Source: Candidatus Pacearchaeota archaeon (GTDB lineage Archaea > Nanobdellota > Nanobdellia > Pacearchaeales > GW2011-AR1). Taken from it: 64,000 bases of DNA. Location of the stretch: NCBI GenBank assembly GCA_018304985.1, contig JAGVWP010000003.1, positions 988 to 64,987 of the forward strand, written 5' to 3'. Within the stretch, counting starts at the first letter, position 1, and each line of letters starts with the position of its first letter. The position numbers were made by a program, and so were the translations under genes. Shown here in pieces: positions 1 through 8,599 of this stretch. The notes beneath the pieces are model-generated. The model was given only the letters and a program-made list of their open reading frames with translations. It did no database searches and was not told the DNA's origin.

Positions 1-135
1 AACAATAAAAGGCCTGAAAAGGCAAAGAAAAAGAGATAAACCTATATTCTGTAATATATATTTTCCAATATAGAAGATTATTTATACTAATTCTTTCATT
101 ATAACTAATTTTAAATTAAAAATTAAGAAATTAAA

Positions 136-909
136 ATGAGAAAAAGTTATGATAAGGACAAAGGTTACGGCCATCTAGATGAATATAAGGAAAAGTTAGG
201 GTATGAGGCGCAAGAAAGCACACAAAAACCAAATAATTATTCAAGAAGAGACTTTTTAGCATATGCTACAGGAGTTGCTGCAGGTTTATTATTTGCGGGC
301 GGATATTCTGGGAAAGCAGAAGCAGATTCTAGTTATTTTTCATTAGCTGGAAACTTAGCAACAGGAGCTAGTGAAGCAATAAAACCCGGAGAAATATATA
401 AATTCAAGGTTCAGCCAGTTATTCCTGAAAAAAATATTGTGTATGGTAAAACTCCAATAATAGCAGAATTTAAAATTGCATCATTAACTGGAAATCAATT
501 GGCAATTGCTTCTCCAAATATTGCATATGTAAATGTTGGAGAACTTGTTAGAGCAAGCCCTGCTATGACTGATTTTAGAAATGGGAGATATAATAAGAAA
601 GATAATCAAGCAAGATATAATATTGCAATGGCATATGCTCAGGATCAATCAAGGGCGGCCTTAGATAAATATGCTAGAGAAAATGGATTTGGAATGATTG
701 CAACATCAAGAGAGCAGTTAGAAAAAATGCTTTATTCTGCTGAAGTTCAATCTCCAGAAATATGGAAAACTCTAACCATTGAAAGAAGAAACCAATATCT
801 TGCAGGCATAACTCCCGCACTTGACATTACCCCTTATATTGAAAAAGAGCTGAAAAAAGTTGTTGAAAGAGAGAAAAAGAAGTCAAGAAGAAGGATTGAT
901 ATTTGGTAG
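136..909 (+). CDS. secreted hypothetical protein with twin-arginine-like signal
   Basis: N-terminus has SRRDFLAYATGVAAGLLFAGG...KAEA (RR motif, hydrophobic core, AxA). No catalytic motif recognised. Confidence 0.5.
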   Translation: MRKSYDKDKGYGHLDEYKEKLGYEAQESTQKPNNYSRRDFLAYATGVAAGLLFAGGYSGKAEADSSYFSLAGNLATGASEAIKPGEIYKFKVQPVIPEKNIVYGKTPIIAEFKIASLTGNQLAIASPNIAYVNVGELVRASPAMTDFRNGRYNKKDNQARYNIAMAYAQDQSRAALDKYARENGFGMIATSREQLEKMLYSAEVQSPEIWKTLTIERRNQYLAGITPALDITPYIEKELKKVVEREKKKSRRRIDIW

Positions 910-950
910 ATAAAGGCAACCCAAGGTTATTCATATAACATATCCTTTAA
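910..950 (+). repeat. family-1 hairpin repeat unit (degenerate copy)
   Basis: ataaaggcaacccaaggttattcatataacatatcctttaa aligns with ataagggcaaccaaaggtttacccttatcaacccttcctttta at 31479. Lies directly after a stop codon. Confidence 0.5.
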
Positions 951-954
951 AGAA

Positions 955-1015
955 CTTATTCTGAAAATACTACAATACCTTTTCCTGATTTATTAGCTGG
1001 ATTAAGTATATTAAA
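955..1015 (+). repeat. family-2 repeat (diverged copy)
   Basis: ttctgaaaatactacaataccttttcctgatttattagctgg aligns with ttgaaatcatgccatatccttgcctaacttattatatg at 51335. Confidence 0.35.
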
Positions 1016-1089
1016 ATTATAAATTTCAGTAACTTATTTATTAAATTAGGCAGAGATATTTTTTATTTTCAAATAATTTTAAAAATTAA

Positions 1090-2439
1090 TTAACCCTTCT
1101 CCAATTTTCCGTGGGTTTCAAACTTTTCGTCAAAATCATCCTCTTTCTTTTTTAAAATATCTTTAGCTGTAAAGCCTGATTTTTTCATTCTTAGCCAGAA
1201 AAATATTCCTATTCCTGCTAAAACAACAATAAGTATTATTATATAAGTCCAGTTTCGTTTTTTAGGAGTTTCCTGTCCGAATGATTTGCATATTCCGATG
1301 CAACATCCTGCGGATTGCAAAGATAATGAACCCTGACAAACTTCCCCACTAACACATTTAACTCCTCCAAGCTCTGCGCATGATTTAGAAAGATTAGTAA
1401 TTATGCCTGACGAGCGATTTGAGACAAAGTTTGTTGTCAGATTTTCTCCGATTTTAAAACTAAGCAGAATTCTGTCAGAAGAGTTTAATGAAGAAGCCTG
1501 AATATGTCCCGAATAATCTCCTTTTTTTGAAAAACTGATATTTATGTCAATTCTTCTGCTTTCATCGATATTTAAGTTTGAAATTAAAAGGGGTTTTATT
1601 TTTACATAGCTTTTAATGCTGTCTGAAACAGAAATTGTTATGTTATCTGCTTTTCTTTCGCCTATATTTTTTAAGTCTGTTGCAATAAAATAAGATTCGC
1701 CCTTATTTAGTATTAGATCGATGCTTTGCAATGAAAATCTCAAAGCATCTCTATTTACCCTCGACCTATTATCTTCAGAACCATTTGTTGAGCCATTTTC
1801 TTCGGCAGTTGTTTCATTTTTTACTATATACGCTGGAAAATCATAAGTTAAAGATGAAGATGAAAACTTAATGGTGGTTATTTGTGTAAATATTACCTCG
1901 GATATTAAAATTGTTGTTTCTATGGAATTTTGAGAGGGAATAAATACTGATTTCGAGATATTTACTAATGAATATGCTATATTTATATCTGAATCAAGAT
2001 TATTTGTTAAGGTTACTGGAAAATCATTTGAAGTAGTTATAAAACCTGGTTTTACACTGAAGGCCGCTGTTTCGTTTTTTACATTGAATGTTTTTTCCAG
2101 CGTCTTTGTTTGGAATTGATTTTGCTCCTTGAAATAAACATCTTTAATTTTTAATGTAATATTCTGTTCTGTAAAGGGCAGTATCGCATAAACATAATAG
2201 GTATTATTTATTTTAGTAAGGTCATATGTTAAGGCTATGGGAACATTTGGAGCATTGCCTTTGTAGAACCCAACATTTTCCTTAGGAATCTCTTCAAGTA
2301 TATTGCCTTGGAGAGTTGCCAGGAAAGTCTCTCCTTTTCCAAAACTTTCTTTAGAAGTTTTTATCTCAAGAGCTGAAATAAAAGATATGCCGAATAACAA
2401 TGTGAATAAAACAACTATTAATAAAATGCCTCTTTTCAT
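1090..2439 (-). CDS. anchored surface protein (signal peptide, Cys-rich stalk, C-terminal TM)
   Basis: N-terminal MKRGILLIVVLFTLLFGISFISA. C-terminal CAELGGVKCVSGEVCQGSLSLQSAGCCIGIC is followed by TM IIILIVVLAGIGIFFW and a charged tail. Confidence 0.55.
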   Translation of the reverse strand: MKRGILLIVVLFTLLFGISFISALEIKTSKESFGKGETFLATLQGNILEEIPKENVGFYKGNAPNVPIALTYDLTKINNTYYVYAILPFTEQNITLKIKDVYFKEQNQFQTKTLEKTFNVKNETAAFSVKPGFITTSNDFPVTLTNNLDSDINIAYSLVNISKSVFIPSQNSIETTILISEVIFTQITTIKFSSSSLTYDFPAYIVKNETTAEENGSTNGSEDNRSRVNRDALRFSLQSIDLILNKGESYFIATDLKNIGERKADNITISVSDSIKSYVKIKPLLISNLNIDESRRIDINISFSKKGDYSGHIQASSLNSSDRILLSFKIGENLTTNFVSNRSSGIITNLSKSCAELGGVKCVSGEVCQGSLSLQSAGCCIGICKSFGQETPKKRNWTYIIILIVVLAGIGIFFWLRMKKSGFTAKDILKKKEDDFDEKFETHGKLEKG

Positions 2440-2478
2440 GAATTGAATAAGAATAAATGGATTATAAATTTAATGGCG

Positions 2479-2991
2479 TTAAAGCCCACCTTTAGAATTA
2501 TGATGCCTGTTTATTTTCTTAATTAAAAACTCTCTTATTTTCTCGGCATGGTCTCTATCAACTGCAGGAATATATCCTTCAGTATGTGCCCCATATCCTC
2601 TAGCGGGTATTGAATATCCTGCTGTCTGAATATTAACTGATGAAAAACCCATGATTCTTGCAATAATACCTCTTGTTATGTCAACATTCTGAACTCTTTC
2701 ATATGGGATATTAGAATATTTTTTCCAGATTATCCCTCTTTCAACTCTTAGGTTTGTATCTGTAAATTCATAAAACCATCTGTTATAAGCCATTCTTGCA
2801 TAAACTTCTGCTATTAATATAATCGCTAAGACATATAAAAACCAAACAATTAGAACAACCCAGTTATTTGAATATTTTAACAAGAAAACCATAGATGAAA
2901 TTGCTATATATACAAATAAGATTAGCAAAGTAACATAAGCTCTTATTCTAAAGGCCCATCTCGCTCCGGGATGTAATTTTTGTTTTGTCAT
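2479..2991 (-). CDS. membrane protein with bacterial-type PH domain (YdbS/bPH_2-like)
   Basis: Two N-terminal TM helices, then YERVQNVDITRGIIARIMGFSSVNIQTAG, typical of the membrane-flanked PH domain family. Confidence 0.55.
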   Translation of the reverse strand: MTKQKLHPGARWAFRIRAYVTLLILFVYIAISSMVFLLKYSNNWVVLIVWFLYVLAIILIAEVYARMAYNRWFYEFTDTNLRVERGIIWKKYSNIPYERVQNVDITRGIIARIMGFSSVNIQTAGYSIPARGYGAHTEGYIPAVDRDHAEKIREFLIKKINRHHNSKGGL

Positions 2992-3034
2992 TTTTATTTA
3001 TAATTTATTAAATTTTTAATCACAATTTAAATCT

Positions 3035-5002
3035 TTATTTGCTCATCTCTTTTAATTTTTTGAGAGTTTCTTCAAATTCTTTATCTCTAGCAGATTTTGC
3101 TGTTGGCATTGGTCTTGCAGCAGCAGGCCTTTGAGGTTGTGGAAAGAATGGCCTTGGCCTTGGAATCATTCCTGGTGGCGGCCTTGGCGGGAAAAATGGC
3201 GGGCGTGTTGCACTTGGAGTAGGCCCTTTTTTAAAACCACTTTTTGTTTTAAATACTAAAAGTTTTATCTTTTCCCTGAATATTATTGCAATAACTACCA
3301 ATATAATTGCTATTAATAAAATCCATATCCATAAATAACTTCCTCCGGATTTTGGATTTGCCCTGCAGCATTTTTGAACAGATGAATCACATGTTAAATC
3401 ATCTCTTTGTGTTTCATCAGTTCCACATGATGATTTGCAAGAAAATCCCTCTCCAGTGCAAGTAGTCTCTTCTATTGTATCTTTATCAATACAATCCACA
3501 TTGCAACAAGTAACATAATCAGACGTTCCGAATATTCTTTCTCCAGCAGGACATTCTTCTGTATCTTCATCACAAATATTTCCTCCCTGTTCTGTACAAC
3601 TAGCTGCTGGCTGGACATCTTGAGAACAGCAGATTTGTGTTGATAAACAACCTGTTAAATCTGCAAACGAAATTGCAGGACTTTGACATTCACTTCTTGG
3701 AACACAGTATTTATTTTGAACAGTGCAATCATTTATTGGCCTTTGGACACATATATCTCCAACACATTCTTCATCTTCTTCGCAATCAATATCCTCATTA
3801 CATTCATCTCCACCACCTTGAACTACACATTGCCCTAAAACACATTTTCTTCCAGAAGCACAATCAGAATCATCATCACATCTAGTTGGGCCTTCTTGAG
3901 TTACTGGCGGCCATGCAGAATATAATAAAAATCCAGTGTCTCTTAGGTTATTCCAGCAACCAGCGGCATTTTGAGTTTTTCCATTCAGTAAATACTCTTT
4001 AGCAGCTGTTGTTTCAGAAGTTTCCTGGCTTTGCAAGGATAATAATGCCAAAGCAGTATCATAAAATTTTCCATAAGCAGTTACTTTCCAGAAATCTCCT
4101 TTAAAACTGCTTCCTAAAACAACGCTTAAATGCTCGTCAGAACCTGTAAGAATGTACAATAATGTTTCAGGGAATAATATCTTTTTATCCTCTGCAAAAG
4201 AAGATAAATAAGGAATGTAAGGATCTGTATCAACTCCAAGAACATATAATGCTATTGATGCCCACAAACTACCTTCATATGTGCAGACTGTTCCCTCTCT
4301 GAAACATTTGTAGACTATTTTCTCAATTGACTCGCCTTGAGCAACTTCTGAATTAATATTCTGAGAAACATGAATTGTTGGAGAGTCTTGAGTTTTATAT
4401 AATAAAGTTGTTGTAAAATCCTTGTCGCATGAAATTGTATACTCTTTTTCAAGACAACTTGCAGATATCTTTAACCAGTAACCATTTTCTGAAATTGACA
4501 GGCAGTTTCCAGCTCCCGAAGCTGGTTTTTTATTTTCCTGAATATTTACATTGTGATTGGCATTGTCATATTTTATATTGCAAGTTGTTGCCTGAGAAGA
4601 TTCTATTTGTAGATACCATATTAAATCAGAAGCAACTTTAGACTGATTTAAAAGCCAGTTTCTAGCTTTGTCAGTATTTGCTCCAGCTCTTTGCAGGGCT
4701 AAAAGAGCGATTGCGGTATCCTTAACTTTACATGAAGCTTTTGGCCAGCATTGCTGTTCATTCTGATCAAGAGAATTATCAAGCAAACTTGATTTGCAGT
4801 CTTTATAATCTCCCAATCCGAGAAGTGAAAAGGTCTGCTCTTCTAAAGTCAATTGAGTGCAATCATCGCTAACTTTATCTTTAATGCATTGGTATGCTTT
4901 ATCCAATTGTGTCTCATTATCAACATTTTGTGCTGAGACAAATGAAACTAATAAAATTATTAATAAGCTACTTAAAAATAATAATAACCCTCTTTTACTC
5001 AT
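3035..5002 (-). CDS. anchored surface protein: alpha/alpha-toroid (prenyltransferase/terpene-cyclase-like) repeats, Cys-rich stalk, TM, Pro-rich tail
   Basis: Signal peptide present. Repeated helical motifs DTAIALLALQRAG, LWASIALYVLG, YDTALALLSLQ, RDTGFLLYSAW. Dense Cys region. TM WIWILLIAIILVVIAIIF. Tail PPFFPPRPPPGMIPRPRPFFPQPQRP. Confidence 0.45.
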   Translation of the reverse strand: MSKRGLLLFLSSLLIILLVSFVSAQNVDNETQLDKAYQCIKDKVSDDCTQLTLEEQTFSLLGLGDYKDCKSSLLDNSLDQNEQQCWPKASCKVKDTAIALLALQRAGANTDKARNWLLNQSKVASDLIWYLQIESSQATTCNIKYDNANHNVNIQENKKPASGAGNCLSISENGYWLKISASCLEKEYTISCDKDFTTTLLYKTQDSPTIHVSQNINSEVAQGESIEKIVYKCFREGTVCTYEGSLWASIALYVLGVDTDPYIPYLSSFAEDKKILFPETLLYILTGSDEHLSVVLGSSFKGDFWKVTAYGKFYDTALALLSLQSQETSETTAAKEYLLNGKTQNAAGCWNNLRDTGFLLYSAWPPVTQEGPTRCDDDSDCASGRKCVLGQCVVQGGGDECNEDIDCEEDEECVGDICVQRPINDCTVQNKYCVPRSECQSPAISFADLTGCLSTQICCSQDVQPAASCTEQGGNICDEDTEECPAGERIFGTSDYVTCCNVDCIDKDTIEETTCTGEGFSCKSSCGTDETQRDDLTCDSSVQKCCRANPKSGGSYLWIWILLIAIILVVIAIIFREKIKLLVFKTKSGFKKGPTPSATRPPFFPPRPPPGMIPRPRPFFPQPQRPAAARPMPTAKSARDKEFEETLKKLKEMSK

Positions 5003-5119
5003 AATAATTAGACGAATAAGGAGTTTAAAAAGTTTTATTTCTTTTAAAATTCTTATTAAAATACATTACTGAACTAATTTTAAGAGAAAGTTTCAACTAT
5101 TTTATCAATTAATATATAA

Positions 5120-6880
5120 TTATTTTCGTTTACTTTTAGCAGCTGTATTTGTTTTCCAAGCACCTGACTTTCTAATAACATAATTGACTGGATTTTTTAC
5201 TTTTAAAGAAAGATCATCCATATCATAAACTCCAATTTCTTTGTAAATTGAATTATCAAAGTTTGGCGGCAGGATAGATTTTTGTTTTGAGTGCCAGATT
5301 AATTGAGAATTTATATAACCTTGTTTTAACTGCGGCTTGTTTAACTGATTCCAAGAATTAATTCTTTTCTCTATTTCTTCCATAGGTATGTTTAGCGATT
5401 TGAAGAAATTCAATAAAATGAATAAGGCTCTTTTTCTTCCGTCTTCCATGCCTTTTAATATTTTTAATATTGCAGGAGGAAAATTTTCATCTTTCAAATC
5501 CTGAGGTTTTAATTTTATTTCCTGGAATTTTCTATTTTTTTCGTTATCTTTTTCATCCCCAGTTTCCAAATTATCTTTGTATTGTATTTTCTCCTCTTTT
5601 TTATTTGCTGTCTGGGAAGCATGCCAGTCCAAAGCCTGAATTAAAAGTTCTCTTGCTTCATTTTTTTTAGCGCTTGGAGTAAAATTAATTACTTTAACAT
5701 TTAATGGGTTTGCATCTTTAATATCAAAGTTTTCCAATTGAGATTTTGCAATAACAATGCTTGCAAGCGCTGTTTTCTCGTGAAGAGAATAAGGCATTCT
5801 GAATAAATGTCTTTGAGAGACTAATTGCAAATCTAAACCAAGAATTTTAAATATATCAACAGCAATTGATTCCTCATTAAAATTATTTGGAGATTGCAAT
5901 GAATTTAATCTGCAGGTATTGCAAACATAAAATTTCTTTTTGTTAGTTTCACGCATTTGAGAACTGCAGTTAGGGCATTTTTTTACAGAATATTTTTCAG
6001 TTGGAGATTTAAAAGTTTCGATATAGGGAGAAGAATGCTTATCGCACCTTAGTGTTATTTGATAGCTTTCACTGGCTAAATTTTTGCAGTTTTCACATCT
6101 TATCCCTGTAAACCCTTCTTGTTTTGCAAAATCAGAATCTGTATTTTTTATCAGATCCTGGAGAATTGGCCTGGAAATTTCTTTAACATACTCTGTAATG
6201 ATTCTTGGCCATTCTGGAAACATATCTTTTGCTTTTATTCCGTTGATTTCTTCCGGAAATGCCTGCCATGGAATAATAATATGAAACCCTTTGGAACCAC
6301 TAAATTTGATCCCTGCATTTTTCACACCCCTAAACTCCAGGGATTTAATTATTGAAAGAGCTGCTTTTTTGCTGTAATCAAACCATTTACAGTCTATATC
6401 TATTATCAAATCCCATCCCGTCCTTAAATTATTTAGTTGCTCATGATTTAATTCTGTAGATAGTTGCAAAGCATCATTCCATAATTCTTCAGAACAATGA
6501 AAGCTTGTTGCTCCTCTTTTGACTAATGCTAAAATGTCAGAGGGATATTGAAACGAATCTGGCCTTTTGCCAAAACCTTCAAAGTATCTAGGAGAGATCT
6601 CGCGGTTTTGAGAGAACTGAAATAATGCATTAAGAACATCTTTTCTTGAGTAATATGATAAAGCAATATTTTTTATTCTTTTTTCATTTACACTTTCTAT
6701 AGCTTCATCATTTATATTTTCTTCATTAACACCTTCTTTTTGCTCCATAGCTAAACTGGGAAAGTGTGTTTTAAATAAATTTGTGTCATAAAATATAAGG
6801 GCAACCAATGGTTTACCCTTATCAACCCTTCCTTTTAGATGCCAAGGTTTCTTCGATAATAACTTACTTTTAGATGCCAA
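5120..6880 (-). CDS. priS: archaeo-eukaryotic DNA primase, PriS catalytic domain fused to a PriL-CTD-like helical domain (likely true start 6748)
   Basis: Catalytic motifs WDLIIDIDC and SGSKGFHIIIPW. Zn-knuckle cysteines CENC...C and CPNC...CNTC. C-terminal NFPPAILKILKGMEDGRKRALFILLNFF. The first 44 codons of the tracked ORF translate family-1 repeats; MEQKEG at 6748 is the more likely start. Confidence 0.8.
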   Translation of the reverse strand: MASKSKLLSKKPWHLKGRVDKGKPLVALIFYDTNLFKTHFPSLAMEQKEGVNEENINDEAIESVNEKRIKNIALSYYSRKDVLNALFQFSQNREISPRYFEGFGKRPDSFQYPSDILALVKRGATSFHCSEELWNDALQLSTELNHEQLNNLRTGWDLIIDIDCKWFDYSKKAALSIIKSLEFRGVKNAGIKFSGSKGFHIIIPWQAFPEEINGIKAKDMFPEWPRIITEYVKEISRPILQDLIKNTDSDFAKQEGFTGIRCENCKNLASESYQITLRCDKHSSPYIETFKSPTEKYSVKKCPNCSSQMRETNKKKFYVCNTCRLNSLQSPNNFNEESIAVDIFKILGLDLQLVSQRHLFRMPYSLHEKTALASIVIAKSQLENFDIKDANPLNVKVINFTPSAKKNEARELLIQALDWHASQTANKKEEKIQYKDNLETGDEKDNEKNRKFQEIKLKPQDLKDENFPPAILKILKGMEDGRKRALFILLNFFKSLNIPMEEIEKRINSWNQLNKPQLKQGYINSQLIWHSKQKSILPPNFDNSIYKEIGVYDMDDLSLKVKNPVNYVIRKSGAWKTNTAAKSKRK

Positions 6881-6903
6881 GATTCTTCTTATGACATCTC
6901 CTT
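6795..6903 (+). repeat. family-1 hairpin repeat, 3 tandem units
   Basis: ataagggcaaccaatggtttacccttatcaacccttccttttag / atgccaaggtttcttcgataataacttacttttag / atgccaagattcttcttatgacatctcc. Confidence 0.75.
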
Positions 6904-6916
6904 AAAAAAGAAATTT

Positions 6917-6995
6917 ATTATTGTGGGGATTCAAAAAGTTCTTGAATCATCAAAATAACTCCGCCCGATTTATACATCTTAAGTCACTATTAACT
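6917..6995 (+). repeat. family-2 repeat (diverged copy)
   Basis: tattgtggggattcaaaaagttcttgaatcatcaaaataactccgcccgatttatacatcttaagtcactatt aligns with the copies at 51321 and 37670. Confidence 0.5.
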
Positions 6996-7079
6996 TAGAA
7001 TTTAAATTAGATTTCCAATATTTATATTTAGTAAATGGACTATAACAAAGCTTAAAAGTAAGCCAGATTATTAGGTTTT

Positions 7080-7805
7080 ATGTATGCAAAATTAGACAAT
7101 CCTAAAATACTTTCAGATGTGATTGGAGTCATTTCAGAGTTGGTTACTGAGGTGAAATTACGATTTGATGACAAAGGCATGAGCATTATAGCAATAGACC
7201 CTGCCAATGTTGCGCTTGTCAGCTTCAAGCTTCCAAAAGAATCTTTTTCAGAGTACAGATCAAGCAGTGAAATGTTAGGAATTAATTTAGATAATTTAAA
7301 AGCTGTGCTGAGGAGAACAAGACCTGGAAGTATATTAGTGATGGAAAGTCAGGAAAGCATTATAAAACTAGATATAATTGACAAGATAAAAAGAAGTTTT
7401 CTTCTGGCTTTAATTGAAATTGAGTCTGAAGACAAGACTATTCCTTCATTAGAATTTCTTTCCCAGATTCAGATGAATCCGCAGGATTTAGTTGATGCTG
7501 TTGAAGATTGTTTAATAGTTTCTGACTCATGCAGTTTTATTGCAGAGCCGGATAAATTTGTAATAGAAGCAAGTGGATTAAATTCTGCAAGAGCTGAATT
7601 TTCAAGCGATGAAGTAAAGATTATTTCTGGAAAATCAAAGGCAAAATACAGCCTGGAATATCTGCAGAAATTTGTAAAAGCAAGCAAACTTGCTGATAAA
7701 GTTTACATTAACTTCTCATCAGACCATCCTATAAAGCTTGAATTTAAAAAAGATAATTTTGACCTTGCATTTATTCTTGCTCCAAGAGTTGAGAACGAGG
7801 ACTAA
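7080..7805 (+). CDS. pcn: DNA polymerase sliding clamp PCNA
   Basis: 241 aa. Typical PCNA N-terminus (ISELVTEVKLRFDDKGMSIIAIDPANVALVSFKLPKESFSEY) and C-terminal LAPRVE. Confidence 0.9.
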   Translation: MYAKLDNPKILSDVIGVISELVTEVKLRFDDKGMSIIAIDPANVALVSFKLPKESFSEYRSSSEMLGINLDNLKAVLRRTRPGSILVMESQESIIKLDIIDKIKRSFLLALIEIESEDKTIPSLEFLSQIQMNPQDLVDAVEDCLIVSDSCSFIAEPDKFVIEASGLNSARAEFSSDEVKIISGKSKAKYSLEYLQKFVKASKLADKVYINFSSDHPIKLEFKKDNFDLAFILAPRVENED

Positions 7806-7854
7806 TGTGAGATTATTCTACTTTGTGTGAACGAGCGCTAATTCGAGCAGGGGA

Positions 7855-8175
7855 TTAATGCCTCAAAGTCTGCCTTTTCATTTCATTCTCTATGAAAAAT
7901 CTTGAAAGTCTAAAATCAATCTCTTTAAGCAATTTTGCTAGCTCTCCTTCTTTATCAAGCATATAAAGCTGTGCTTTTCCGAGCTTTCTTGTTTTTTTAA
8001 CAATTCCTTTTGAAATTAAAAATCTTAATGCATTTTCAACAGATTCCCATTTAGTTTCAGTTTCTTTTGAAATCTGACCGATAGAATAGTCAAAACTATC
8101 AAAAGTAAGCAAAAAGTCCAGGACTTTTATTACAGGAGTTTCCCCGAAAACCAAAACAAATGATGATTTTTCCAT
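7855..8175 (-). CDS. small winged-helix DNA-binding protein
   Basis: 106 aa. YSIGQISKETETKWESVENALRFLISKGIVKKTRKLGKAQLYML has an HTH-plus-wing pattern. Confidence 0.5.
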   Translation of the reverse strand: MEKSSFVLVFGETPVIKVLDFLLTFDSFDYSIGQISKETETKWESVENALRFLISKGIVKKTRKLGKAQLYMLDKEGELAKLLKEIDFRLSRFFIENEMKRQTLRH

Positions 8176-8294
8176 TTTAAGTTATATAGCTTACTATTTT
8201 GGTATTTATATATTTTTCTATTTAGGATTTTAAATTACTTTTAGTAAAATATAGATAAGAAAGAAATATAAGTTAGAATTTATTATATAAATTA

Positions 8295-8545
8295 ATGAAT
8301 GAAGAAATAAGTGTAAGAAAAGCGATTCTTAAGAAGTTATTCAAGCACCGTTATATTGGCGGAAGGCATACTGAGATTAGAAATGTCATTAAAGGCCTGC
8401 CGCAAGAGCTTCTGAAAGAGGCTAAAAACAAACTGCTATTTTAATAAAAGAAAATTATCTCATGGCAAAGCCTTCAACAGAAGAGATACATGTTTCCCTA
8501 AACCCGAGAATGATAAGGGAAATAATGAAAGAAATAAGTGGTTAA
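8295..8545 (+). pseudogene. small conserved-looking protein split by a 1-nt frameshift in an A5 run
   Basis: ORF 8295-8444 (MNEEISVRKAILKKLFKHRYIGGRHTEIRNVIKGLPQELLKEAKNKLLF*) continues in the next frame (KQTAILIKENYLMAKPSTEEIHVSLNPRMIREIMKEISG*, to 8545). One extra A in the run 8424-8428 joins them. Confidence 0.4.
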
Positions 8546-8599
8546 ACTATTTCTGAAAACCTTTAAATATGGCGTTCACTTATAGTTAATTAAAGAAAG

